Assembly: GCA_964626665.1 (NCBI GenBank)
Contig: CAZVGK010000002.1
Location: forward strand, 96,001-160,000
Direction of reading: 5' to 3'
Length of the DNA stretch: 64,000 nucleotides
From: an uncultured Gemmatimonadota bacterium
Lineage (GTDB): Bacteria > SM23-81 > DAOVCL01
The position numbers and the translations under genes were made by a program. Positions 1-10,314 of this stretch are shown one piece after another. Below the pieces are notes generated by a model, which saw only the letters and a program-made list of their open reading frames with translations, was not told where the DNA came from and made no database searches. Numbering within the stretch: position 1 is the first letter of the stretch; each line of letters starts with the position of its first letter.

Positions 1-303
1 GAGAGATACTTGGGTGTTCTGGCGACCATAGCTGCTGTGGCTCCTCTCTTGGGTTTTTTGGGGACAGTTACCGGAATGATCAAGGCATTTATGCGCATTG
101 AAGCTTTAGGGGGGAATGTGAACGCCACCGTCCTGGCTGGAGGGATCTGGGAGGCTTTGGTGACCACCGCTGCCGGCCTTACCGTGGGGATACCGGTCTT
201 GATATTCTACAATTATTTCCAGGGAAAGGTAGATAGGTTCGTCTATGAGATGGAGGAGAGTTCCAGCAAACTCCTGGAGACCTTGGGCAAGAGAGGAGGC
301 TAA
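1..303 (+). CDS. exbB: MotA/TolQ/ExbB proton channel protein (5' partial)
   Basis: Frame open from base 1; motifs APLLGFLGTVTGMI and GIWEALVTTAAGL; followed by exbD and tonB. Confidence 0.9.
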   Translation, partial: ERYLGVLATIAAVAPLLGFLGTVTGMIKAFMRIEALGGNVNATVLAGGIWEALVTTAAGLTVGIPVLIFYNYFQGKVDRFVYEMEESSSKLLETLGKRGG

Positions 304-305
304 TT

Positions 306-704
306 ATGGATTTCGGCCCTACTCGCAAGCTAATAACCACCTTCAGCACAATCTCCTTGGCCGATATTATCCTCCTTCTGCTCATCTTCTTTCTCCTCTC
401 CTCCTCCTTCATTGTGCAACCTGGTATAAAGGTTAACCTGCCCAAAACCTCCGCTTCCCAGGTAGAGTCAAAGAAGAGAATCTACCTGACCGTTACCAAA
501 TCGGGCAGTCTCTATCTAAATCAGGAGAAGGTAGGGAAGGGGGAATTAGGAGCCAAATTGCGGGGGCTTCTCTTAGAGAACCCGGGGGAGTTGGTGGTGA
601 TTAAAGCGGACAAGGAGCTTACCCTGCAGGAGATGATAAAGATAATGGATATAGCCAAGAATGCCGGGGCACAGAGGTTCCTCATTGCCACCCAACCGGA
701 ATAG
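306..704 (+). CDS. exbD: ExbD/TolR biopolymer transport protein
   Basis: SLADIILLLLIFF transmembrane segment with conserved Asp; VNLP and IKADK motifs. Confidence 0.9.
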   Translation: MDFGPTRKLITTFSTISLADIILLLLIFFLLSSSFIVQPGIKVNLPKTSASQVESKKRIYLTVTKSGSLYLNQEKVGKGELGAKLRGLLLENPGELVVIKADKELTLQEMIKIMDIAKNAGAQRFLIATQPE

Positions 705-707
705 GCT

Positions 708-1448
708 ATGAAGTGGTTTAACTTAAAATTCTCCTTTTTGATTTCACTCCTCTTTCATTCTTCACTCTTTTTTATTTTTCTTTGGATAAAGGTCATCCCC
801 CAGATTGAGCCTCCTCCTGCTGTGGAGGTGAGCTTTAGTAGCCCACCAGAGGCCGAGGGAAAGGTGGCTCCGGCCCCTACCCTCCCTGGGGAGAAGCCCA
901 AAAGGGGAAAGGAGGGAGGGGAGGAATTGGTCAGGCTGCCCAAGCGTCGGATGGAGGAGAAGGAGTTACCCCTTCTTCCCTTGCCTCAGAAGGGGAAGCT
1001 CACCCCTGAGCTAAAAGGAAAGGAGGAGGTTCCCCATTTGATGCAAGAGGAGGGGAAAGAGGCCCTCTCCCCTGGTTTGGGGGAGAAGGAACTTCTCGCC
1101 CCTGGCCCTTTGGGAAAGGGGGAGAAGGGAATCCCTCCTCTGACTCCTGTGGGGAAAGGGCCGGGTCAAGCCTATAAGATTGAGGGGCCAGCGGCTCAGA
1201 GAACCGTTCTCTTTCAGGTTTTTCCCAAGTATCCTCAAGGGTTGGGGAAAGAGGCTAAAATCAAAGTGAGCTTTTCCGTCCTCCCAGATGGGTCAGTGGG
1301 TATGGTGATGCCCCTGCAAAAAGGGGAGCCCCTTTTAGAGGATTTGACCTTGGATGCCTTGCGGCAATGGAGGTTTAACCCCCTTCCCCCCCAGAAGCCC
1401 CAGGTCGAACAGAGGGGGATCATCACCTTTATCTACAGGCTTAGATGA
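708..1448 (+). CDS. tonB: TonB family energy transducer
   Basis: N-terminal TM with SxxxH (SLLFHS), Pro/Glu/Lys-rich linker, C-terminal PKYP...V.PDGSV...ALRQWRFNP domain. Confidence 0.85.
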   Translation: MKWFNLKFSFLISLLFHSSLFFIFLWIKVIPQIEPPPAVEVSFSSPPEAEGKVAPAPTLPGEKPKRGKEGGEELVRLPKRRMEEKELPLLPLPQKGKLTPELKGKEEVPHLMQEEGKEALSPGLGEKELLAPGPLGKGEKGIPPLTPVGKGPGQAYKIEGPAAQRTVLFQVFPKYPQGLGKEAKIKVSFSVLPDGSVGMVMPLQKGEPLLEDLTLDALRQWRFNPLPPQKPQVEQRGIITFIYRLR

Positions 1449-2650
1449 TCTGTGTGTTGAAGTATGGGGGGAGTTCCTTGGCTACCCCCGCACTGATCAA
1501 AGGGGTAGCCCGCCAGGTCGTCTCCCGAAAGAGGGAAGGAAAGGATGTGGTGGTGGTGGTTTCGGCGATGCGGGATACAACCGATGAGCTCCTCAAATTG
1601 GCCCATCAGGTGGCCGAAGACCCTCCCCAAAGGGAGACCGATATGCTCCTCACCGTCGGGGAGAGGATCTCAATGTCCCTCCTCTCTATGGCCATAAATT
1701 CCTTGGGGACTGCGGCCATATCCTTTACCGGCTCCCAATGTGGCATCATTACCGATGACCATCATACAAATGCCCGCATAAAGGATGTGCGGCCCTTCAG
1801 GATAGAGGAGGAACTTGGTAAGGGGAAGGTGATTGTTGTGGCTGGATTTCAGGGGGTATCAGAGCAGAAGGAGGTGACCACCCTGGGTCGGGGGGGATCG
1901 GATACCACTGCTGTGGCCTTGGCCTATGCCTTGGGGGCCAAAGAATGTGAGATACTCACCGATGTGGATGGGGTCTTTACCGCTGATCCCCAGATTGTTC
2001 CTCAGGCCAGGAGGTTGCCCTGGCTTTCCTACAAGGAGATGTTGGAGTTGGCCAGTTATGGAGGGAAGGTCCTCCACCCCCGTTCGGTGGAGCTGGCTCA
2101 GAGGTTTAAGATACCGCTAGCGGTGAGGTCAAGCTTCTCCTCAAAGTTGGGAACAGTTATCAAGGAGGACGGGAGAATGGAGGAGATATGCGTGCGCGCT
2201 GTGGCCTGTAGAAAGGGAATGGGGGTTGTCCTGATCAGGCCATTTTCCCAGGGGGCCCAGGGGGTCTCCCATATATTCCGCAGCCTATCAGATTTCGGAG
2301 TGAACATCGATCTCATTGTCAAAGGGGAGGGAGGGGAGATAGCCATCACCCTGGAGAGGGAGCAGTTGCCCATAGCGCAGAGGGTCCTGGTGAGGCTAAA
2401 AGGGGAAGGTGAGATCGAGGATATAACCGCGATTGCTGGGTTGGCCTCCGTCTCCATCATCGGCAGTGGAATAGGGGAGAGCCCCGGGATAGCCACTAAG
2501 CTGTTCTCTGTCTTAGAGGCTGAGGGCATAAGGGTAAGATTTGTCAGCTCCTCCCACCTATCCATAACTTCGCTGGTCAAAGAGGAGGCCGCGGAAAGGG
2601 CCACGAGGGTTATTCATCGGGCGTTTGGCCTGGATAAGGCGAAGGAATGA
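1445..2650 (+). CDS. lysC: Aspartate kinase
   Basis: [33 protein letters not shown] motifs; two ACT domains. Confidence 0.95.
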   Translation: MICVLKYGGSSLATPALIKGVARQVVSRKREGKDVVVVVSAMRDTTDELLKLAHQVAEDPPQRETDMLLTVGERISMSLLSMAINSLGTAAISFTGSQCGIITDDHHTNARIKDVRPFRIEEELGKGKVIVVAGFQGVSEQKEVTTLGRGGSDTTAVALAYALGAKECEILTDVDGVFTADPQIVPQARRLPWLSYKEMLELASYGGKVLHPRSVELAQRFKIPLAVRSSFSSKLGTVIKEDGRMEEICVRAVACRKGMGVVLIRPFSQGAQGVSHIFRSLSDFGVNIDLIVKGEGGEIAITLEREQLPIAQRVLVRLKGEGEIEDITAIAGLASVSIIGSGIGESPGIATKLFSVLEAEGIRVRFVSSSHLSITSLVKEEAAERATRVIHRAFGLDKAKE

Positions 2651-3645
2651 GGGAATTTTCCCTGGCCATAGTGGGGGCCACAGGTCTGGTGGGAAAAGAG
2701 ATGCTCAATCTATTGGAGGAGAGGGATTTTCCCCTTTCCCGGTTGAGGCTTTTTGCCTCAGAGAGGTCGACTGGGTTAGCCCTACCCTTTCGGGGCAAGG
2801 AGTTGAAGGTAGAGAGGCTGGAGAAGGGCTGTTTTCGGGGGATAGAACTGGCCCTCTTCTCTGCAGGAGCTCAGGTGAGTTTAAAGTATGCCCCGCAGGC
2901 CCAAAGTGATGGGGCAATCGTCGTAGATAATAGCGCTGCCTTCAGGATGGAGCCCCAGGTTCCTTTGGTGATCCCGGAGATAAATTCTGGTGATCTTGCG
3001 GACCAAAGGGGTTTGGTGGCCAATCCTAACTGTTCCACCATTCAGATGCTTTTGGCCCTCTATCCCCTCTATTTGGCCGCAGGGGTGGAGAGGGTTTTTG
3101 TCTCCACCTATCAGTCCGTCTCCGGAACTGGTCAGGATGCCTGGGAGGAGCTGACCAGGCAGAGCAGGGACCTGCTCAGGGGGAGGAAGCCCCATCCCTC
3201 CGTTTATCCCCACCAGATAGGTTTCAACCTCATCCCCCAAATAGGGGATTTTGACCGTAAAGGTTACTCCATGGAGGAGATCAAGTTTGCGCAGGAGACC
3301 CAGAAGATCCTTCACGACCCGAGGATTAGGGTCTATGCCACCACTGTGAGGGTTCCCGTCTTCCGAGGTCATTCCGAGGCGGTAAGCTTGCAGACTAGGA
3401 AGAGGCTCACCGCCTCCCAGGCAAAAGAGCTTCTCTCCCAAGCCCCTGGGGTTAAGCTTAGCGAAGGGGAGGACTATCCCCTACCCCTTGACTGTGTGGG
3501 AAGGGATGAAGTTCTGGTAGGCCGGGTAAGGGAGGGGGGAGAGGGGGAGAACATCCTCCAATTATGGGTGGTAGCTGATAATCTGCGCAAAGGGGCAGCA
3601 TTAAATGCGGTGCAGATAACTGAGCTGCTTAAGGATGAGCTCTAA
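2647..3645 (+). CDS. asd: Aspartate-semialdehyde dehydrogenase
   Basis: [46 protein letters not shown]. Confidence 0.95.
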   Translation: MREFSLAIVGATGLVGKEMLNLLEERDFPLSRLRLFASERSTGLALPFRGKELKVERLEKGCFRGIELALFSAGAQVSLKYAPQAQSDGAIVVDNSAAFRMEPQVPLVIPEINSGDLADQRGLVANPNCSTIQMLLALYPLYLAAGVERVFVSTYQSVSGTGQDAWEELTRQSRDLLRGRKPHPSVYPHQIGFNLIPQIGDFDRKGYSMEEIKFAQETQKILHDPRIRVYATTVRVPVFRGHSEAVSLQTRKRLTASQAKELLSQAPGVKLSEGEDYPLPLDCVGRDEVLVGRVREGGEGENILQLWVVADNLRKGAALNAVQITELLKDEL

Positions 3646-3782
3646 GATAAAACTATAAAGGTTTTAAAAGAGGCCAACAGGGATAAGAGAAGATCTTAAA
3701 ACAACAGGAAACCAACGATGAAAAGGAAAGATACTTTTTTCTTCTCATCCAATCCCTGGCTCAATCATAGAAGGAGGGAAGG

Positions 3783-4448
3783 ATGAGGGTACCAGTATTT
3801 AGGACCTTTACAAGATCTCCCTTTGACGGATTGCTTAAACACGCGGCCAAGGTGAAAGAGTGCGTTACCGTCCTCCAGGAGGCGTTGGAAGTGTACTCCA
3901 AAGAAAGATATGGGGAATTTAAAGGTTTAGCCGATAAGGTATCAAAGTTGGAGGAGGAGGCCGACTGGATCAAGGGAAATATCAGAAATCACCTCCCGCG
4001 CGGGATCTGGATGCCGGTGGACAAGGCCGATTTTCTTATGGCTCTGAAGGAACAGGATGCCATACTGGACTTTGCCGAGGATGCAGTTGTCTGGCTCTCC
4101 TTTCGCCAGACGCCAATTCCAGAGGAGCTAAGGGAGAGATTTCTGGATCACCTATCAAAGGTAGTGGAAACGGTTATCATCCTGGAACAGGTAATGGAGA
4201 ATGTTAAATCCCTGGTTACTTCCCCGCGCAGAGGGGACAGGGAGCGATGCAAGGAGAGGTTGAAGGAGGTTCACCACAAGGAATGGGAGGCCGATCAGGT
4301 AGAGAGGAGATTGGCCCTTGATCTTTTTAACAACGAGTTAGACCCCATCTCCCTCTTCCATCTGCTAAAAGTCGTTGATTTGATAGGGGATATAGCCAAT
4401 CATGCCGAGAATGTCGGAGACAGGGTAAGGGCCATGATGGCCAGATAA
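3783..4448 (+). CDS. DUF47/TIGR00153 phosphate transport regulator (PhoU-like)
   Basis: Repeated E..AD and D..ED motifs (EEEADWIK, QDAILDFAED, EWEADQVE); directly upstream of a Pit transporter. Confidence 0.85.
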   Translation: MRVPVFRTFTRSPFDGLLKHAAKVKECVTVLQEALEVYSKERYGEFKGLADKVSKLEEEADWIKGNIRNHLPRGIWMPVDKADFLMALKEQDAILDFAEDAVVWLSFRQTPIPEELRERFLDHLSKVVETVIILEQVMENVKSLVTSPRRGDRERCKERLKEVHHKEWEADQVERRLALDLFNNELDPISLFHLLKVVDLIGDIANHAENVGDRVRAMMAR

Positions 4449-4463
4449 TGGGGAGGAAGTAAG

Positions 4464-5687
4464 ATGGAATTTGGGACCCTGTTCTTCATAGCCACCGCGC
4501 TTGTTGGGCTCTATATGGCCTGGAATATAGGAGCCAATGATGTCGCCAACTCTATGGCCTCTGCGGTGGGGGCTCGGGCGATAACCATCAGACAGGCGGT
4601 GGTAATAGCGGGGATCTTGAACTTGGCTGGGGCAGCCCTTGTTGGCTCTCATGTGACCCATACGGTGACCAGGGGCATCGTCAGCCCTGAGGCAATAGCC
4701 AGCTCACGAATGGTCATCTTGGGCGCCTTCTCCACCCTTTTGGCAGCCAGCGGATGGGTCTTTTTGGCTACCTGGAAGGGCTTCCCGGTCTCCACCACTC
4801 ATTCCATCATCGGTGCCCTCATCGGTTTCGGTCTGATAGCCGGGAATGCCTCGGCCATAAGATGGGGGAAGTTGGGGGAGGTGGTAGCCAGTTGGATCAC
4901 CTCACCGGTCCTTAGCGGGGTCTTGGCATACCTTCTCTTCAAGGCCATAGAAAAACTTTTCCTCCGAAGCGGGAGGGAAAACCTTAGACGGTTGAGCCCC
5001 TACTTTGTGGGGGCGACATTTCTGATAGTAGGGCTTTCCCTTTTCCTGAAGACCTCCTTGGGCGATAGCTTAGGTATAGGTACATCGGGTAAGATCATCC
5101 TATCCCTTCTCTTAGCTGTCTTGGCCGGGGGGGGAGGGTGGGTTTGGGTCAGCCTCTATCTGCGACGAGAAGAGGGGAGGGGAGTAGAGGATGTCTTCCG
5201 CAACCTCCAGATAATGACCTCCTGCTATGTCGCCTTTGCCCATGGAGCCAACGATGTGGCCAATGCGGCGGGGCCTATGGCCACCGTTCATTCGGTGATT
5301 GCCAACGGGGGTATCGCCGAAAAGGTAGAGGTCCCCTTTTGGCTCTTAGCCTTCGGCGGGGGGGGGATAGCTCTGGGCATCCTCACCTGGGGTTACCGGG
5401 TGATCAAAACGGTTGGTTCTAAGATAACCAATCTGACTAACACCCGCGGGTTTGCCATAGATTTTAGCACAGCCACAGTAGTTCTTCTCTCCTCCAAACT
5501 GGGCCTTCCCGTTTCCACCACCCATGCCTGTGTCGGGGCAGTTGTGGGGGTGGGTTTGGCGAGGGGACTGGAAGCGGTAGATTTTAGGGTGGTGAAGAGG
5601 ATAATTGTTTCCTGGATGGTGACCATTCCTGTGGCCGCCCTTTTGGCTATGGGGTTCTATGGTCTCCTGGCCAGGTTTATGCTTTAG
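4464..5687 (+). CDS. pit: Inorganic phosphate transporter, PiT family
   Basis: Two GANDVAN signatures and two PVSTTH motifs. Confidence 0.93.
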   Translation: MEFGTLFFIATALVGLYMAWNIGANDVANSMASAVGARAITIRQAVVIAGILNLAGAALVGSHVTHTVTRGIVSPEAIASSRMVILGAFSTLLAASGWVFLATWKGFPVSTTHSIIGALIGFGLIAGNASAIRWGKLGEVVASWITSPVLSGVLAYLLFKAIEKLFLRSGRENLRRLSPYFVGATFLIVGLSLFLKTSLGDSLGIGTSGKIILSLLLAVLAGGGGWVWVSLYLRREEGRGVEDVFRNLQIMTSCYVAFAHGANDVANAAGPMATVHSVIANGGIAEKVEVPFWLLAFGGGGIALGILTWGYRVIKTVGSKITNLTNTRGFAIDFSTATVVLLSSKLGLPVSTTHACVGAVVGVGLARGLEAVDFRVVKRIIVSWMVTIPVAALLAMGFYGLLARFML

Positions 5688-5696
5688 GAGGGATTC

Positions 5697-8600
5697 TTGT
5701 ACCTTTCTCGGCTCCAGATATTTGGTTTCAAGTCCTTTCTTCAAAGGATGGATCTCAAATTTGATGGCCAAGTCTGTGCTTTGGTGGGACCTAACGGCTG
5801 CGGAAAGACCAACATAGTGGATGCCATTAGATGGGTCTTAGGGGAACAGAGGCCCTCCCTCTTGCGCGGGGAGAGGATGGAAGGGGTTATCTTCCACGGG
5901 ACTAAGGTCAGAAAACCTTTGGGGATGGCTGAGGTCACCCTGACCATAGACAACTCCGCCAATCTGCTGCCCACGGAGTTTACCGAGGTGACCCTTACCC
6001 GCCGGCTCTTTCGTTCTGGGGAGAGCGAGTACCTGCTTAACGGGGTTTCCTGCAGGCTCAAGGATTTCCATCAGTTGCTCTTTGATTCCGGAATGGGGGT
6101 AGGTGCCTATTCCATATTGAGCAGGGAGCAGATCGACAGCCTGCTCAGCTCCAAGGAGGAGGAGAGGAGAGCCATCCTGGAGGAGGCTGCGGGGATCACC
6201 AGGTACAAGTCCCAGAGGAGGGAGGCCCAGAGGAAGTTGGAATTGACCAAGAAGGACCTGGTAAGGATTGCTGACCTCATCTCGGAGGTGGAGAAGAGGA
6301 CTTCCAACCTGGGCCGTCAGGCGAGGTTGGCCCGGCGGTGGGAGGAGAGGAAGAAGGAAATTAATAGGCTATCCCTCCTCCTGACCCGCAGGGACTATGG
6401 GAAACTGAAAGCCAGGTTGAATCAAATTGGGGAGGAGATGAAGGCCCTGCGGGGGGAGATCTCTCAGGAGGAGGGCCGGGGAAATAAGATTTCCCTGAGA
6501 TTAGATGGGATTGCCGCGCAGCTTAGGGAGAAGAGGGAGGAGCTCTCCCGCCGCAGGGAGAGGTTGCACGAGTTTTCCCGCAGGGTGAGCGCTCTGAAGG
6601 GGGAGGTATCCCTCAGGGAGGAGAGGATAAGGAACCTTAGGGAATTGGCCCGGCGGGAGAGGGGGGAGGAAGAGAGGTTAAGGGATAGGTTGGCGCAGAC
6701 CCAGGGGGAGAAAGAGGATATCGAGAGGGGATTGCAGGTTTTAACCCCTCAGATTAGTAAGCTTGCGGGGGAGGGTGAACGGCAGGAAGTCTCCCTCTCC
6801 CAATTAGAGGAGAAACATCTAAGCCTAAAGGGAGAAATTGCTGCCCTGAGGAGGGAGCTCGCTGGCCTGATGGAGGGTTATGGAACCAGGCTAACCGAGA
6901 AGGAGAGGTACACTGCCGAATTACAGGGGATAACCAGTCAGGAGGAGAGGCTAAAAGGGGAGGGAAAGGAGATTGAAGAGAAGTTAAGGGCCAGTGAGAG
7001 GAGGAGAAAGGAAGCAAGGGCTAATGTGCAATCGCTAACCGCCAAGCTGAGGGAGATAGAGGAAGAGCTGAGAGGTGAACAGGAGGGATATGGGGTTGCC
7101 CAGGAGAGGCTGAAGAAGCTGACTGCCAAGAGGGATGAGTTGCAAGGGATGATCTCCTCCCTTGATTCTCAGATCAGGTTTTGGAAACAGTTGGTGAGCC
7201 AAAGGGAAGGTCTCTCCAACGGGGCCAAGGCCCTATTGGAGAAGGGAATCCCGGAGGTGCGGGGAGTGGTGGCAGATTTAATCAATGCAAAAGAGGGCTA
7301 CGAGACGGCCATCGCCGGTGCTTTGGGACCCATGGCCTGCGGGCTCATTGTAAGGGATTTGGCTTTGGCTCAGGATTGTCTTCTCCTCCTGAGGGATGAG
7401 GGGTTGGGGAAGGCTTCTTTTATTCCCCTCAGGGGAATTCCCAGACCGCGGCCGCTCCCCCCCCTTCCCCCGGGAGCCAGCGATTGGGCCAGGGATCTGG
7501 TGGGGTGTAACCCCCAATATAGCCCAATTTTGAACTTTCTGCTTGATAGATGGGTGGTGGTGGAGAAAATCCCCTCTCATCCAGGGGGGGATCTCAACTG
7601 GGTGAGCTTAGATGGGGAGACCCGTCTGGCCTGGGGGATGGTGAGCGGAGGCTCCCCGGATGTTGCCCCCCCTCTTGTGGGGAGGGAGAGGAAACTTGCG
7701 CAATTTCTCTCCGACCGGAGAGGCTATGCCGAGGAGGAGAGGAAGATTGTACTGAAGGTGGAAAGCGCTCAGGAGGAATTGGAAAGGAAGAGGGAGAGGA
7801 TAGGGATTTGGGGGGGGGAGAGGGAGGAGATAAGGGGAAGGTTGCAGGAGGTTGAGAGGGAGTTGGACAGGGAGGAGTTTTTCTCCAAGGAGCATGCAGA
7901 GAGAGAGAAGGAGATAAAGTTTAGGCTCCAGGAGAACAGGGAGAGGGGAAAAGAGTTAAGGAATCTATTGGCTCCCCTCCTGGAAGATCTCAAGGACCTG
8001 GAGGCGAAAAGGAGGGGGATAGAGGAGAAGCTGTGGGAAAGGGATGTTCAGTGGGAGAGGGTCAACGGGGAGCGGAGGGAGCTCACCAGGGATCTGAACG
8101 AAGGAAGGATGAAACTGATTAGCTTAGAGGGGAGAAGGGGAGAGTTAATATCCAGGTTGGGACGGATAGATGAACTCCAGGCGGCGCTTAAGGAAAATAT
8201 TCGGGAGAGAAGGGAAGAGGGGGAAAGGATTCAAGGGGAGAGGGAGAAGCTTGTGGGGGGGAAAAGCGAGATGGAGGAGCAGCTTGCCCAATTGTTCTCC
8301 GAGGAGAGTGGGAAGAGGAAGGGGATGGAGAAGATCGCCGACCAGGAGAGGAAGCTTGGCCAGGAACGGGAGAAGGGGGAGGTCCAGTTAAAGGCCCACC
8401 AGGGAAAGGCTGCGGAGATGGGGCTTAGGCTCCATCAATTGGAGGTGGAGTATGCCCAGGTGGAGGCCCAGGTTAAGGGCTTGAGAAAGAGGGTGCAGGA
8501 TGATTTTAGGGTGGAGATAGATCAGGTTCAGGAACCCGTCCAGGTGGAGGTAACCCAGGAGGGCATTGAGGCTTTAAAGGAGAGATTGCGGAGGCAGGGG

Positions 8601-9194
8601 CCGGTAAACCTTTTGGCCCTTGATGAGTACCAAAAGGAGAAGGAGAGGTTGGACTTCCTGCGGACGCAGAGGGATGATTTGCAGGAGGCAGAGGTTTCCT
8701 TAGAGAGGACGATTGCCAAGATAGACTACACGGCCCGGGAGAAATTTCTGCAAGCCCTGGAGAGGGTCAATCTTCACTTTCAGGAGGTCTTTGGCGAGCT
8801 CTTCTCCGGGGGTGAGGCCTGGCTGAGGCTGAAGCCAGGTGCCGATCCCTTAGAGGCTGAGGTGGATATATCGGTCAGCCCAAAGGGAAAGAGGCTTTTC
8901 AGCCTGGGACAGCTTTCCGGGGGGGAGAAGACATTGACCGCCATAGCTTTGCTTTTCTCCCTCTATTTGGTTAAACCCAGTCCCTTCTGCATCTTAGATG
9001 AGGTGGATGCTCCTTTGGATGATGGGAATGTGGAGAGGTTCCTGAGGTTAGTGAGGAGGTTTTCTCAGAATTCTCAGTTTATTATCATCACCCATAACAA
9101 ACGCACAATGGCAGAGGCCAACGTCCTCTATGGGATAACCATGGAGGAACCAGGTATTTCCAAATTGGTCTCCGTAAAGGTGGAGGGAAGTTAG
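5697..9194 (+). CDS. smc: Chromosome segregation protein SMC
   Basis: FGFKSF, Walker A GPNGCGKT, long coiled coils with hinge, LSGGE signature, ILDEVDAPLD Walker B. Confidence 0.96.
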   Translation: MYLSRLQIFGFKSFLQRMDLKFDGQVCALVGPNGCGKTNIVDAIRWVLGEQRPSLLRGERMEGVIFHGTKVRKPLGMAEVTLTIDNSANLLPTEFTEVTLTRRLFRSGESEYLLNGVSCRLKDFHQLLFDSGMGVGAYSILSREQIDSLLSSKEEERRAILEEAAGITRYKSQRREAQRKLELTKKDLVRIADLISEVEKRTSNLGRQARLARRWEERKKEINRLSLLLTRRDYGKLKARLNQIGEEMKALRGEISQEEGRGNKISLRLDGIAAQLREKREELSRRRERLHEFSRRVSALKGEVSLREERIRNLRELARRERGEEERLRDRLAQTQGEKEDIERGLQVLTPQISKLAGEGERQEVSLSQLEEKHLSLKGEIAALRRELAGLMEGYGTRLTEKERYTAELQGITSQEERLKGEGKEIEEKLRASERRRKEARANVQSLTAKLREIEEELRGEQEGYGVAQERLKKLTAKRDELQGMISSLDSQIRFWKQLVSQREGLSNGAKALLEKGIPEVRGVVADLINAKEGYETAIAGALGPMACGLIVRDLALAQDCLLLLRDEGLGKASFIPLRGIPRPRPLPPLPPGASDWARDLVGCNPQYSPILNFLLDRWVVVEKIPSHPGGDLNWVSLDGETRLAWGMVSGGSPDVAPPLVGRERKLAQFLSDRRGYAEEERKIVLKVESAQEELERKRERIGIWGGEREEIRGRLQEVERELDREEFFSKEHAEREKEIKFRLQENRERGKELRNLLAPLLEDLKDLEAKRRGIEEKLWERDVQWERVNGERRELTRDLNEGRMKLISLEGRRGELISRLGRIDELQAALKENIRERREEGERIQGEREKLVGGKSEMEEQLAQLFSEESGKRKGMEKIADQERKLGQEREKGEVQLKAHQGKAAEMGLRLHQLEVEYAQVEAQVKGLRKRVQDDFRVEIDQVQEPVQVEVTQEGIEALKERLRRQGPVNLLALDEYQKEKERLDFLRTQRDDLQEAEVSLERTIAKIDYTAREKFLQALERVNLHFQEVFGELFSGGEAWLRLKPGADPLEAEVDISVSPKGKRLFSLGQLSGGEKTLTAIALLFSLYLVKPSPFCILDEVDAPLDDGNVERFLRLVRRFSQNSQFIIITHNKRTMAEANVLYGITMEEPGISKLVSVKVEGS

Positions 9195-10130
9195 ATGGGG
9201 AGGCTTTCATCAGGTCTTTTCAAGACCCGTGAGCTTTTCTGGGGAAGATTGGCTAAGGTGTTGGGCAGATCCCAGATCAACGGGGCGGTTTGGGAAGGGA
9301 TGGAGGAGGTGCTCATGCTCTGCGATATCGGTCTGGAGGCGACTACCCGGCTCTTGATTGAACTCAAGGAGAGGGTAAGCAAGGAAAGGCTGCAGGATCC
9401 CTTCCTTTTAATTGAGGCCTTGAAGGGAAGGTTAAAGGCCATTATGAGGGAGGGCGGAGGGGACGATCTCAGGCCACGGACCAAGCCCTGGGTGATAATG
9501 GCGGTGGGAATTAACGGAACAGGAAAGACGACCACTATAGGAAAACTCTCCCATCTCTACCACAAGGAGGGCTATCGGGTTTTGCTGGCTGCCGCGGATA
9601 CCTTTCGAGCCGCAGGAACTGAGCAGTTGTCCCTCTGGGCCCAGCTTTCTGGGGCGGATGTGGTTAGGAACCTCCCGGGGGCCGATCCGGCTTCCGTGGC
9701 CTATGATGGCTTGGAGGCGGCCATAATTAGAGGTTACGATCTGCTTATTGTGGATACGGCAGGAAGGCTGCACACCAAGGTAAACCTGATGGAGGAACTG
9801 CGGAAGATAAAGAGGGTTCTGGCGAAAAGGCTTCCGGGGAGTCCCCATGAGGTTTTGCTTGTCTTAGATGCCACCACCGGTCAGAATGCCATCTCCCAGG
9901 CCAGGCTTTTTCACGAGGGAATAGGGATAACCGGGTTGGTGCTGGCCAAACTGGATGGGACCGCCAAAGGGGGGATAGTGGTGGCCATAAAGGAGAAGCT
10001 GGGGCTTCCTGTGCGGTTTGTGGGCACAGGGGAGGGAGTGGATGATCTGGAATCCTTTGATCCCGATGAGTTCATCGATGCCCTCTTTGAGGGAGCCCAA
10101 GTGGACCTAGGATCGAAGAAAAGCAGTTAA
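9195..10130 (+). CDS. ftsY: SRP receptor FtsY
   Basis: GINGTGKTTT, DTFRAAG, DTAGR, LDATTGQNA, KLDGTAKGG. Confidence 0.95.
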   Translation: MGRLSSGLFKTRELFWGRLAKVLGRSQINGAVWEGMEEVLMLCDIGLEATTRLLIELKERVSKERLQDPFLLIEALKGRLKAIMREGGGDDLRPRTKPWVIMAVGINGTGKTTTIGKLSHLYHKEGYRVLLAAADTFRAAGTEQLSLWAQLSGADVVRNLPGADPASVAYDGLEAAIIRGYDLLIVDTAGRLHTKVNLMEELRKIKRVLAKRLPGSPHEVLLVLDATTGQNAISQARLFHEGIGITGLVLAKLDGTAKGGIVVAIKEKLGLPVRFVGTGEGVDDLESFDPDEFIDALFEGAQVDLGSKKSS

Positions 10131-10242
10131 ATTCACTGGGGGGGGATCAAATCTCCAGGAGGGGTAACACAGATAGCGAAGCTTCGAATTGTAAAATGGA
10201 AAGTGCAAAGTGTAAAAATCAAATAGCTTCCACGCCTGCTAA

Positions 10243-10296
10243 GGTAGCCGCAACCTTTAGGTTGCGAAAATACGCAGACTGAAGTCTGCGGCTACC
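10243..10296 (+). repeat. REP doublet (REPIN-like, GTAG family), left flank of RAYT
   Basis: GGTAGCCGCAACCTTTAGGTTGCG-aaaata-CGCAGACTGAAGTCTGCGGCTACC; two inverted GTAG-footed hairpins. Confidence 0.85.
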
Positions 10297-10314
10297 AGGG
10301 GGAAACCAACGCAA

